Part shown: piece after piece, positions 1 to 8,945 of the stretch
Position numbering within the stretch: position 1 is the first letter of the stretch
How the letters are laid out: each line of letters begins with the position of its first letter
Origin: an uncultured Chloroflexia bacterium
Lineage (GTDB): Bacteria; Chloroflexota; Dehalococcoidia; UBA2979
Direction: 5' to 3'
Assembly (NCBI GenBank): GCA_963728205.1
Contig: CAVSIV010000002.1
Location: forward strand, 352,001-416,000
DNA length: 64,000 nucleotides
Made by a program: the position numbers and the translations under genes
Notes under the pieces: generated by a model
Seen by the model: the letters and a program-made list of their open reading frames with translations, nothing else
Told to the model about the DNA's origin: nothing
The model's database searches: none

Positions 1-455
1 GCGTGGAGCTCGGCGGCGCGCTGAAGAACGTGATCGCGATCGCCGCCGGCATGGTCGACGCGTTTGGCTACGGCGACAACGCGAAGGCGGCGCTGATCAC
101 CCGCGGACTGGCCGAGATGACGCGCCTCGGCGTCGCCGCTGGCGCGGAGGCGCTCACGTTCCAGGGGCTTGCCGGCGTCGGGGACCTGGTCGCGACGTCC
201 TACAGTCCGCTCTCGCGCAACCGCCGGCTCGGCGAGCTCGTGGCGGAGGGCCGCGCGCTCGACGACGCGCTGGCGGCGCTGGGCGAGACGGCCGAGGGCG
301 CCACCACCATCCCTGCCGCGCTTGGCCTCGCGCGGCACCTGGACGTCGACATGCCGATCACCGCCGGGCTGCACGACGTGCTCTACGGCGGCATCCCGCC
401 GCGGGAGGCGGTGCGGGCGCTGATGCTGCGTGAGCCCAGGCACGAGCGCCGGTGA
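1..455 (+). CDS. gpsA: NAD(P)H-dependent glycerol-3-phosphate dehydrogenase, C-terminal part (truncated by window edge)
   Basis: ELGGALKNVIAIAAG, GDNAKAALITRGLAE, GLAGVGDLVAT and SRNRRLG motifs. Confidence 0.95.
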   Translation, partial: VELGGALKNVIAIAAGMVDAFGYGDNAKAALITRGLAEMTRLGVAAGAEALTFQGLAGVGDLVATSYSPLSRNRRLGELVAEGRALDDALAALGETAEGATTIPAALGLARHLDVDMPITAGLHDVLYGGIPPREAVRALMLREPRHERR

Positions 456-534
456 GCGGCGGCCAGCCGGAGCGCCCGCAGATTGCGCGGAGCGCTTGCT
501 AGAATCGAGCAATCGCACGGAATCCGGAGCACCA

Positions 535-1602
535 GTGACGAACGACGGCAGCAACCCGCACGGTCCGGACCACGGCGACCTGGGCGGCGCCGACGACGAG
601 CGACCGGCGCTTCCGGCAGCCGGCACGGTCCTCGACGAGATCGCCGCGGGCGGCGTGCCCGAGTACGCGCATCTGCGCGCGCTCGCGAACCCCTCCGACA
701 CCATCGTCAGACGCGTCTTCGAGCTGTGGTCGCGCATCCCGCCGGAGCGCCGCCGCGACCTGCTCGCGAAGCTCCACCAGATCACGGAGGAAGACGCGAC
801 CGCGGACTTCCACCGCATCCATCTCTCCGCGCTGCGCGACGCGGATCCGGCGACGCGCATCCTCGCGGTGCGCGGCCTCTGGGAGCAGGAGCAGCCGGAG
901 TACCTCCGCCTGCTCTGTCAGCAGCTGCGCGACGACCCCGAGCCAAGCGTCCGCGCCGAGATCGCCGACGCGCTCGGCCGCTGGGTGATCAGCCTCGAGT
1001 TCGGCATGGTCGCCGAGGATGACGGCGAAGACCTCACGACCGCGCTGCGCGAGGCGGTCGAGGACATCGAGGAGCAGGACGAGGTGCGCGGCCGTGCGCT
1101 CGAGGCACTGGGCGCGTGGTCCGACGAGTCGGTCGCCGAGCTGATCAGCGAGATGTACGAGGTCGGGAACCACCGCCTGCGTGTCGCCGCGCTGCGCGCG
1201 ATGGGCCGCAGCGCCTCCGACGCATGGCTGCCCGTGCTCATCTATCACTTCGACGACGACGACGCGGAGGTGCGCGCCGTCTCCGCGACGTCGGCCGGCG
1301 AGCTGCTCCTCGACGAGGCCGTCGAGCCGCTCGCCATGCTCACCGCGGACGCCGACGAGGACGTCCAGGTGGCGGCAGTGCGGGCGCTCGGCGAGATCGG
1401 GAACGAAGAGTCCGAGCGCATCCTCACACGCATGCTGCGCGAACGGCAGGAGCCGCACATGCGGACGGCGGTGCGCGAGGCGCTCGCCGGCGTGCAGCTG
1501 CTGTCGATGGCGATGGTCGATGACGAGGATCGATCGCCGGACTTCGGGGGCCCCGACGACGGCGAGGACCAGGTCGAGGACGAGGAGGGCGAGCCGGAGT
1601 GA
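535..1602 (+). CDS. HEAT/PBS-lyase repeat protein
   Basis: Repeated LxDxDxxVRxxAxxALG units and an acidic tail; GTG start at 535 chosen because it clears the gpsA stop. Confidence 0.85.
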   Translation: MTNDGSNPHGPDHGDLGGADDERPALPAAGTVLDEIAAGGVPEYAHLRALANPSDTIVRRVFELWSRIPPERRRDLLAKLHQITEEDATADFHRIHLSALRDADPATRILAVRGLWEQEQPEYLRLLCQQLRDDPEPSVRAEIADALGRWVISLEFGMVAEDDGEDLTTALREAVEDIEEQDEVRGRALEALGAWSDESVAELISEMYEVGNHRLRVAALRAMGRSASDAWLPVLIYHFDDDDAEVRAVSATSAGELLLDEAVEPLAMLTADADEDVQVAAVRALGEIGNEESERILTRMLRERQEPHMRTAVREALAGVQLLSMAMVDDEDRSPDFGGPDDGEDQVEDEEGEPE

Positions 1603-2051
1603 GCGGGTCGGGCGGGACGTCGGCCCTGCGCAAGGCGATCTCCGCCGGCGGCGTCGTCTACCGCCGGGCGCGGCACGGGATCGAGATCGTGCTGGTGGCG
1701 CGACCGAGCGAGGGGTTGTGGGCCCTGCCGAAGGGCACTCCCGAGCCCGGCGAGTCGATGGCCGAGACGGCCGTGCGCGAGGTCACCGAGGAGACCGGAC
1801 TCAGCGTGCGCATCGCGGAGTCGCTCGGCACCGTGCGCTACCAGTTCACCGACCGCGATGGCCAGATCGTCGACAAGACGGTGCATCATTTCCTGCTGGA
1901 GCCGGTCGGCGGCGACCTCGGCGATCACGACGCGGAGCACGACCTCGTCGACTGGTTCGACATCCACGAGGCGGAGCGCCTGCTCACGCATCGCAACCAG
2001 CTGCATATTCTGAACCGCGCAGCGGAGACCATCGAGAAGCGAGCGTCATGA
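1599..2051 (+). CDS. NUDIX hydrolase
   Basis: Nudix box LPKGTPEPGESMAETAVREVTEETG; GTGA overlap with upstream gene. Confidence 0.92.
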   Translation: MSGSGGTSALRKAISAGGVVYRRARHGIEIVLVARPSEGLWALPKGTPEPGESMAETAVREVTEETGLSVRIAESLGTVRYQFTDRDGQIVDKTVHHFLLEPVGGDLGDHDAEHDLVDWFDIHEAERLLTHRNQLHILNRAAETIEKRAS

Positions 2052-2605
2052 CCGCCACGCAGCCGAACGTCGTCGCGCGCGGGCGCCTCGTCCGCCTGCG
2101 CGAGAAGCGCGTCGAGGACGCCGAGCACGACTACGCGTGGCGTGCCGACCCCGAGCTGGCCGCATACGACGCGGCGCGTCCGATCACGATGACGTTCCGC
2201 TCGTTCGTGGCGAGTCTCTCCGAGGAGTTGCGATACCCGGCGAGCCACCGGCACACGTTCGCGATCGAAGACATGGCCACGGGCGCTCATATCGGCAACG
2301 TCATGTACTACGGCTACGACCGCCGCAAGGCGGAGGCGGAGCTCGGGGTGACCATCGGGCTGCGGGAGTACTGGTCGCACGGCTACGGCACGGACGCCGT
2401 CGCGACGATGGTGCGCTATCTCTTCGAGCAGCTCGGGCTGCAGCGCGTCTACCTGCATACGCTGACCTGGAACTACCGCGCACAGGCGTGCTTCAAGCGC
2501 GTGGGCTTCCGCGTGGTGAGCGAAGTGCGCCGGGGCGGCTACGACTTCATCTACATGGAGATCCTGCCGGATCTGCTCCCCGCCGAGGACGACCCCGCGA
2601 ACTGA
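2048..2605 (+). CDS. GNAT family N-acetyltransferase (RimJ/RimL-like)
   Basis: AELGVTIG..EYWSHGYGTDA, NYRAQACFKRVGF; ATGA overlap with the NUDIX gene. Confidence 0.9.
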   Translation: MTATQPNVVARGRLVRLREKRVEDAEHDYAWRADPELAAYDAARPITMTFRSFVASLSEELRYPASHRHTFAIEDMATGAHIGNVMYYGYDRRKAEAELGVTIGLREYWSHGYGTDAVATMVRYLFEQLGLQRVYLHTLTWNYRAQACFKRVGFRVVSEVRRGGYDFIYMEILPDLLPAEDDPAN

Positions 2606-2683
2606 CGCCGCGCGACAACGCGGTCGGCACGCCTCTCCCGGCAAGCGGCGCATCGCGACCGCGTACCAGCGGACTGCCGCGCG

Positions 2684-2720
2684 CCACAACAGAGGGGGCC
2701 ACCCTTTCGGGTGGCCCCTC
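2684..2720 (-). terminator. Intrinsic terminator-like hairpin between convergent genes
   Basis: Minus strand GGGGCCACCC-GAAA-GGGTGGCCCC followed by CTCTGTTGT. Confidence 0.65.
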
Positions 2721-2748
2721 GTTACCGCCGCAGCGGCAGATGTCTGCG

Positions 2749-3711
2749 TTAGCCGGCCGCGGCCGCCACGGGCCGCCCCGGAAGGTCGAGGTCCGGCGGG
2801 GGCGGCGCCGGGTTGCGCAGCCCCTGCATCATCTGCGGGACCAGCGCCCGCAGCTCGTCGATCTCCCACATCCCCGGCTTGGCGATCGTGCGGTTCGGCG
2901 TCTCGTCCCACGAGAGGCTCACCTGGCCGCCCGAGACGTTGAAGACCTTGCCGTTGACGTTCCACGCCTGGTCGGTGAGCAGGTAGTTCACCATCGGCGC
3001 GACGTACTTGGCGTCGCGCAGCTGGTTCACGATGCTCGGTGCGCGCTGCTGCGTCGCGATGCCGGCGCGGGCGCGCATCTGCTGCGCGGCCTCCGGAACC
3101 GTCTGCGTCATGCGCGTCGCCGCTCCCGGCGCGATCGCGTTGGCGGTGACGCCGTAGCGGCCGAGGTCGCGGGCGAGGCAGCGGACCATGCCGGCGATGC
3201 CGGCTTTGGCGGCGCCGTAGTTCGCCTGGCCCGGGTTGCCGTTCAGGCCGGAGCCCGACGAGAACCCGATGATGCGGCCGAAGCGCTGCTGTCGCATGAG
3301 CACCGACGCCGGCTTCGAGACGTTGAAGAAGCCGGTGAGGTGGACGGCAACGACGTCGTCCCACTCCTGCTCGCTCATGTTGAAGATCATGCGGTCGCGC
3401 AGGATGCCGGCGACGTGCACGACGCCGTCGATGCGCCCGTAGGCGTCGACCGCCTGCTTGATCATGCTCTCGCCGCCCTCGGGGGTGGCGACGGAGTCGT
3501 AGTTCGCCTGGGCCTTGCCGCCGGCGTCCGTGATCTCCTTCGCGACCGTGCCCGCGGGGCCCTGGTCGCCGCCGGAGCCGTCGACGTTCACGCCCGGGTC
3601 GTTCACGACCACGTTCGCGCCGAGGCGAGCCGCGAGCAGCGCGACCTCGCGGCCGATGCCGCGGCCCGAGCCCGTGACCAGGATGGTGCGTCCTTCGAGT
3701 GGAGTTGCCAT
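2749..3711 (-). CDS. SDR family oxidoreductase (MFE-2/3-hydroxyacyl-CoA dehydrogenase-like), copy 2
   Basis: TGSGRGIG, VVVNDPG, AGILRDRM, GQANYGAAKAG. Confidence 0.92.
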   Translation of the reverse strand: MATPLEGRTILVTGSGRGIGREVALLAARLGANVVVNDPGVNVDGSGGDQGPAGTVAKEITDAGGKAQANYDSVATPEGGESMIKQAVDAYGRIDGVVHVAGILRDRMIFNMSEQEWDDVVAVHLTGFFNVSKPASVLMRQQRFGRIIGFSSGSGLNGNPGQANYGAAKAGIAGMVRCLARDLGRYGVTANAIAPGAATRMTQTVPEAAQQMRARAGIATQQRAPSIVNQLRDAKYVAPMVNYLLTDQAWNVNGKVFNVSGGQVSLSWDETPNRTIAKPGMWEIDELRALVPQMMQGLRNPAPPPPDLDLPGRPVAAAAG

Positions 3712-3731
3712 CTACGTTCCTTTCGCGCCGA

Positions 3732-4712
3732 CTACGCCAGCGGCTTCGCGGCGACGTCGCGGCCGGGGACCTCGACGTCGTCCCGCGGCGGCGCCGGGTT
3801 GTCGATGCCGCGCATCAGCACGTTGTTCACGGCGTCGTCGAGCTCGGAGAGCTCCCAGAGGCCGGGCTTGAAAACGGTGCGCATTGCGGTCGGGTGGTGC
3901 GCCACGGAGACCGTGCCGCCCGACACGTTGAAGATCCAGCCGTTGACGTCCCACGCGTCGTCCGACGCGAGGAAGCCGACCATCGGCGCGACGTACTCGG
4001 GCTCGCGGAGCCCCGTGTACGCGCTCTGCGGGGCCTGCGGCTGGTTCGACGCGGCGCCCTGCACGCCGGCGGCGGCGCGCATCTGGCGAGCGCTGTCGGG
4101 CACGGTCTGCGTCATGCGCGTCGAGGCGCCCGGCGCGATCGCGTTGCAGGTCACGCCGTAGCGGCCGAGGTCGCGCGCGACCACGCGGGTCATGCCGGCG
4201 ATGCCGGACTTCGCGGCACCGTAGTTCACCTGGCCGGTGTTGCCGATGATGCCCGACGTCGACGAGAAGTTGATGATGCGGCCGTAACGCTGCTGGCGCA
4301 TGAGCACCGACGCCGGCTTGATGGTGTTGTAGTGGCCCTTGAGGTGGACGGCGATCACGTCGTCCCACTCCTGCTGGCTCATGTTGAACACCATGCGGTC
4401 GCGCAGGATGCCGGCCACGTTCACGACGATGTCGATGCGGCCGTACGTGTCGACCGCCTGCTTCACCATCGCCTCGCCGCCGGCCGCCGTGGCCACCGAC
4501 TCGGTGTTCGCCGCGGCCTCGCCGCCGGCCTTCTTGATCTCGTCCACCACCTGCTGCGCCGGGCCGGCGTCGCCGCCGGAGCCGTCGACGTTCACGCCGG
4601 GGTCGTTGACGACGACCTTCGCGCCCTCTTTGGCAAAGAGGAGCGCGATGCCGCGACCGATGCCGCGGCCCGAGCCGGTGACGAGGGCGACCTTGCCCTC
4701 TAATGCACCCAT
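3732..4712 (-). CDS. SDR family oxidoreductase (MFE-2-like), copy 1
   Basis: TGSGRGIG, VVVNDPG, AGILRDRM, GQVNYGAAKSG; clear paralog of the adjacent gene. Confidence 0.92.
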   Translation of the reverse strand: MGALEGKVALVTGSGRGIGRGIALLFAKEGAKVVVNDPGVNVDGSGGDAGPAQQVVDEIKKAGGEAAANTESVATAAGGEAMVKQAVDTYGRIDIVVNVAGILRDRMVFNMSQQEWDDVIAVHLKGHYNTIKPASVLMRQQRYGRIINFSSTSGIIGNTGQVNYGAAKSGIAGMTRVVARDLGRYGVTCNAIAPGASTRMTQTVPDSARQMRAAAGVQGAASNQPQAPQSAYTGLREPEYVAPMVGFLASDDAWDVNGWIFNVSGGTVSVAHHPTAMRTVFKPGLWELSELDDAVNNVLMRGIDNPAPPRDDVEVPGRDVAAKPLA

Positions 4713-4781
4713 GCCTTCGTCCTTCCTCGACCCCTCGCGGGGTCCTCTCGCGATGCTTTCAGAACCGGCGAGGCGGCCTGG

Positions 4782-5213
4782 CTAGCCGCGGCTCGGCAGT
4801 ACTACCTTGGCGGTCCCCGGGGTGGTCTTCTGCCCCTGGGGGTTCTCGGTCCAGACGTCGAGCTCGACGATGTGCTCGCCGTTCTCGACGGACTTCTTCG
4901 TGACGACGCCGCCGCAGCGGATGTCCTGGTTCGGGTAGTCCATCCCGCGGTACTGGCATCCGAATTCGCGGATGCGACCGGACGGCGCCGCCCAGTCGTG
5001 CAGCAGCTGGCCGAGGAACGCGTTCTTCAGCGCGCCGTGCACGATGATGTTGTCGAGGCCGGTCGTCTTCGCGAAGTTCAGGTCGTAGTGGATCTGGTAG
5101 AAGTCGCCCGAGCCGGCTGCCCAGATCACGAGTTGCTGCGTCGAGCAGTTCTTCACGAGCGTGGGGATCGCATCGCCCTCGTTCACGTCCTCGAAGTAGA
5201 CCTGGTCGGCCAT
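4782..5213 (-). CDS. MaoC family (R)-specific enoyl-CoA hydratase, catalytic hot-dog subunit
   Basis: GSGDFYQIHYD (D-x4-H) and IIVHGAL motifs. Confidence 0.88.
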   Translation of the reverse strand: MADQVYFEDVNEGDAIPTLVKNCSTQQLVIWAAGSGDFYQIHYDLNFAKTTGLDNIIVHGALKNAFLGQLLHDWAAPSGRIREFGCQYRGMDYPNQDIRCGGVVTKKSVENGEHIVELDVWTENPQGQKTTPGTAKVVLPSRG

Positions 5214-5233
5214 TCTTGCGCCTCGTCCCCGCG

Positions 5234-5704
5234 CTAGTAGTTGATGATGTTGCCGCGCATCTTCGCGACGACGGTGCCGTCGTCGCGCGTGAACACGGTC
5301 TCGCGGTAGGTGATGAGCATCGGCCCCATCGAGCCCTCGCGCTCGCGGAACTCGGTGATGTGCGAGCGCGACGTGATCGTGTCGCCGGCCACGATCGGCT
5401 CGAAGTACTCGTACGTCGTCCCGCCGTTCAGGATGCGCTTGTACGGGATCGAGTAGCTCGGGCCGGCCGCCTCCGGGTCGCGCTGCCCGGGACGGAAGAT
5501 CGGCGTGCCGAGGTAGCCGGGCGGTGCCACGAGATTGCGATAGCCGCGCTGCTTCGCCGCGTCGACGTCGTAGAAGATCGGGTCGGTATGCCCGACGGCG
5601 CGCGCGAACAGGCGGATGCCGCTCGTCGTGACCTCCGATGTCGAGGCGGGGCCGTCAACGCCGACCGCCGCTCGCATCTCATCGCTGATGACAGAATCCG
5701 CCAC
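5234..5704 (-). CDS. MaoC dehydratase N-terminal/FAS1-like hot-dog subunit
   Basis: IRLFARAVG..DPIFYD..A...GY..LVAPP and LNGGTTYEYFEPIVAGD; GAGGAGG RBS upstream. Confidence 0.88.
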   Translation of the reverse strand: MADSVISDEMRAAVGVDGPASTSEVTTSGIRLFARAVGHTDPIFYDVDAAKQRGYRNLVAPPGYLGTPIFRPGQRDPEAAGPSYSIPYKRILNGGTTYEYFEPIVAGDTITSRSHITEFREREGSMGPMLITYRETVFTRDDGTVVAKMRGNIINY

Positions 5705-5787
5705 TCGACTACCTCCTCTTACGAGTGAAATGTCGATAACAGGCGTGGGAACAAGGGCGTAGCGGGGGGCCCCAGCCGGCCGGGCGC

Positions 5788-5816
5788 ACGATATCCACGG
5801 CCCCCCGTCGTGTCAA
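5788..5816 (-). promoter_or_regulatory. Sigma70-type promoter for the maoC-SDR operon
   Basis: TTGACA-17 bp-TATCGT on the minus strand. Confidence 0.6.
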
Positions 5817-5870
5817 TTTCGTGTCGTCGGCCGGCCGCGCGCGTGAGGCGGACGTGCGGATGCGCGCGGG

Positions 5871-6482
5871 ATGTCCGATGCTGCACTCACGACCGACGCG
5901 ACGGGGAGACGTGACGCGGTGACCCTCGAGGACATGGGCATCCCTTCGCACCTGGGCGGGCACGCCGTCCGGTCGGACTTCGACGTGCGCGCCTCGCGCA
6001 TTGCGCTCACCGGTCGGTCGCTGCGCTCCGAGCTGTGGATCGGCGGTGGCTACACGATCGTCGGTGAGCCGGTCGGCCCGTCGGATCTCGCAGGGGCGTG
6101 GGTCGTCGACTGCGCCGGCGAGCTCCCCGCGGAGTTCGCGTCGCTGGCCGGGCTCTACATCCCGCGAGTGTTCGAAGACATCGAGCAGACGCCGGCGGGC
6201 TATCGGCAGATCGAAGCGCTCGCCCGGCGGATCGCCGGCGTGCTGGATGCGTCGGTGCCGGCGGATCCGGCGAGCGACGCCGTGACGGGGCCGGCGTTTC
6301 CGGCGGAATCGCCGGCGCGCGTCTACGTGATGTGCAAGCAGGGGTTGAACCGGAGCGGGCTCATGCTCGGGCGAATCCTGCGCGAGCTCGGGCTGACCGG
6401 CGAGCAGGCGGTGCACACGCTGCGAACGCAGCGTCCCGGCGCCCTCGCGAACCTCGCGTTCGAGCGCCTGCTGCGCGACTAG
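5871..6482 (+). CDS. Dual-specificity/tyrosine phosphatase-like protein
   Basis: CX5R P-loop VYVMCKQGLNRSG and C-terminal RPGALANLAF; start uncertain (5871 or 5934). Confidence 0.75.
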   Translation: MSDAALTTDATGRRDAVTLEDMGIPSHLGGHAVRSDFDVRASRIALTGRSLRSELWIGGGYTIVGEPVGPSDLAGAWVVDCAGELPAEFASLAGLYIPRVFEDIEQTPAGYRQIEALARRIAGVLDASVPADPASDAVTGPAFPAESPARVYVMCKQGLNRSGLMLGRILRELGLTGEQAVHTLRTQRPGALANLAFERLLRD

Positions 6483-6694
6483 GCCACGGCGCAAGAGCCG
6501 AAGCGCGCACTGCCAGCATGACGAAGGTCACACTGCACCCGGGTCCTTGGTGTGTGCAGGCGCGAAAACGCGAGCGTATGCTACGCCGCGTGGGTGCCTG
6601 AACGGCACCGGAAATTCCGCACAGACGCGCCTGGCGCGACGCCGCGTGAGTTGAGCGCCGAGTCAGAGTTCGAGTGACCAGACTAGGGGGCAAC

Positions 6695-8011
6695 ATGGCC
6701 GAACTGCAGAACGTAGTGATCGTGGACGCGGCCCGTTCCGCGTACACCCGCGGCGGGCGCGGCGCGCTCGTCGGCAACCGGTTGGACGACGCGGGCGCCA
6801 CGGTCCTGCGCACGCTCCTCGAGCGGAACCCGAAGGTTTCGCCCTGGATGATCGAGGACATCGGGCTCGGCCAGGTCGGCAGCGCCCCCGAGCTCTCGGG
6901 CATCGGCGCCGACAACGTCGCGAAGCTCGCCGGCCTGCCCGCAGAGGCCTGCACGTTCGAGACGAACCGCCAGTGCGGCTCGTCGATGGAGACCCTGCAG
7001 CGCATCGCGCAGTCGATCATGGTCGGCGCGACCGAGTGCGGCGTCTCGATCGGCATCGAGCGCATGGGCCGCTCGCTCGGCGGCGGCGGCGGCGCGCGCG
7101 CCGATCAGAACCGCGTGACGAAGTTCAACGAGAAGCGGCTGCAGTTCAATGACATGCAGCGCAACCTCCCGCCAAACTACTCGGAGATGTTCAAGACCCC
7201 GATCCCCGACTACATCCTCGACTCGCCGCCGGTGATGTCGATGACCCAGACGGCGCAGAACGTCGCCGAGATGTACAACCTCACGCGCGAGCAGATGGAC
7301 CAGCTTGCGGTGGACAGCCACCGCAAGTACGGCGAGGCGCTCCAGAAGGGCATCTACGCCGAGGAGATCATCCCGCTCGAGGTCGAGATGCCCGTCTTCG
7401 ACGACGAGGGCAACTGGGTCCCCGACGCGCACGGCGAGAAGAAGGTGCTGCAGGTCGACGAGGGCTACCGCGCCGGTACCAACCTCGAGACCCTGATGCA
7501 GCTGAAGACCGTCGCCGGCATCAAGAGCTACGCGGACAAGGAACTGATGATCACCGCGGGCAACGCGTGCCCGACGAACGACGGCATCAGCGCGGTGCTG
7601 CTGATGAGCGAGAAGAAGGCACTTGAGCTCGGCCTGGAGCCGCTGGCCCGGCTCGTGGGCTTCGGCGTCGGCGGTGTGAAGCCGCAGGTCATGGGCCTCG
7701 GCCCGGTCCCGGCGACGAAGAAGGCGCTCAAGCACGCGGGCATCGAGGCCGGCGCGATCGACCGCGTCGAGTTCAACGAGGCCTTCGCGGCGCAGGTCAT
7801 CCCGTCGATGGACGAGCTGGGCATCCCGATGGACCGCCTGAACGTCAACGGCGGCTCGCTGGCAATCGGCCACCCGCTCGGTTCGACCGGTGCTCGCCTC
7901 GTCGGCACCGTCGCGCGCGAGGTGCGCCGCTCGGGCAAGCGCTACGGGCTCGCCACGCAGTGCATCGGCGCCGGCATGGGCATCGCCACGATCGTGGAGG
8001 CGCTCTACTAG
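6695..8011 (+). CDS. Acetyl-CoA C-acyltransferase (classical thiolase)
   Basis: NRQCGSS, NEAFA, GHPLG and CIGAGMG catalytic motifs; AGGGGG RBS before ATG 6695. Confidence 0.93.
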   Translation: MAELQNVVIVDAARSAYTRGGRGALVGNRLDDAGATVLRTLLERNPKVSPWMIEDIGLGQVGSAPELSGIGADNVAKLAGLPAEACTFETNRQCGSSMETLQRIAQSIMVGATECGVSIGIERMGRSLGGGGGARADQNRVTKFNEKRLQFNDMQRNLPPNYSEMFKTPIPDYILDSPPVMSMTQTAQNVAEMYNLTREQMDQLAVDSHRKYGEALQKGIYAEEIIPLEVEMPVFDDEGNWVPDAHGEKKVLQVDEGYRAGTNLETLMQLKTVAGIKSYADKELMITAGNACPTNDGISAVLLMSEKKALELGLEPLARLVGFGVGGVKPQVMGLGPVPATKKALKHAGIEAGAIDRVEFNEAFAAQVIPSMDELGIPMDRLNVNGGSLAIGHPLGSTGARLVGTVAREVRRSGKRYGLATQCIGAGMGIATIVEALY

Positions 8012-8040
8012 TCGGAGGCCGCCCACGGCAGCGACATACG

Positions 8041-8074
8041 GAGGCGCCCCTCTGCGAGGGGCGCCTCTTCGTTT
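8041..8074 (+). terminator. Intrinsic terminator
   Basis: 12-bp stem GAGGCGCCCCTC/GAGGGGCGCCTC followed by TTCGTTT. Confidence 0.75.
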
Positions 8075-8098
8075 GTGCGCGGGGACGGGGCGAGTCGG

Positions 8099-8860
8099 TC
8101 AGACGGGACGGTGGACGTGCGGACCGGCGTCGCCGTGCGCGTGGCGGGTCGCGTCGAGCGCGCGCCAGCGATCGTGCAGATCGTCCGGGACGCCGAAGCG
8201 CACCGGGTCCTGCGTCAGCCCACCGCGCGTGAGGTCGACAGCCCAGCAGCGGCCGGCGCGCAGCTCCTCGATCAGTTCCCGTTCGTTGTGGACGTCGCGC
8301 TCGAAGTACGTCGCGGTCTTGCCGATGTCCTTCGCCTCGTGCGAGTCGGTTCCGCCCGTGCCGGGCATCCCCATCTCGCGCGCGAGGTCCTCGGTGAACC
8401 GGTTCTCGCGCAGCTGTCCGCGGCCGTTCAGCACCTCGAGCGCGGCGACGAGGTGGTAGGCGGGGTTCCGCTTCGCGCGCTCGATCGCATCGACGTACTC
8501 CTGTGGCTTCTCCCAGTCCCACGGCGTCTGGCGACGGTACGGATGCGCGGCGACCATCACGCCGTCCGACTCGTGGACGTGGCCGGCGAGCTCATGGCTG
8601 CGGTGCATGCCGAAGACGTACTTGTGCATGCCGTAGACGAGGATGTGCCCGTCCTCGGTGTTGATCTCCATGCCGGCGATCACCGTGAAGTTGTGGCGCT
8701 TCGCCAGCGCGCGCACGGCCTCCGGCTCCCAGGCCCAGTCGTGCTCCGAGAGCACCACCGCGTCCAGTCCGGCCTCGCGGGAGCGTTCGACGAGTTCGTC
8801 GGGGTGGAGGAAGGAATCCCAGGAGCCGGGATGCGTGTGCGTGTGCAGGTCAATCAGCAT
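8099..8860 (-). CDS. PHP domain metal-dependent phosphoesterase
   Basis: IDLHTHT, SEHD, GHIL, AHP and GGTDSH metal-ligand motifs. Confidence 0.9.
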   Translation of the reverse strand: MLIDLHTHTHPGSWDSFLHPDELVERSREAGLDAVVLSEHDWAWEPEAVRALAKRHNFTVIAGMEINTEDGHILVYGMHKYVFGMHRSHELAGHVHESDGVMVAAHPYRRQTPWDWEKPQEYVDAIERAKRNPAYHLVAALEVLNGRGQLRENRFTEDLAREMGMPGTGGTDSHEAKDIGKTATYFERDVHNERELIEELRAGRCWAVDLTRGGLTQDPVRFGVPDDLHDRWRALDATRHAHGDAGPHVHRPV

Positions 8861-8885
8861 CGCGCGGCTCGTCCGTCCCTCTCGG

Positions 8886-8919
8886 GGAAACAGGAGGGGG
8901 TGGCGCGGGCCACCCCCTC
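8886..8919 (-). terminator. Terminator-like hairpin after the SCP-x-type thiolase
   Basis: 11-bp stem GAGGGGGTGGC/GCCACCCCCTC followed by CTGTTTCC on the minus strand. Confidence 0.55.
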
Positions 8920-8945
8920 GATTCGATTCGTGTGGGCCGGGGGCC

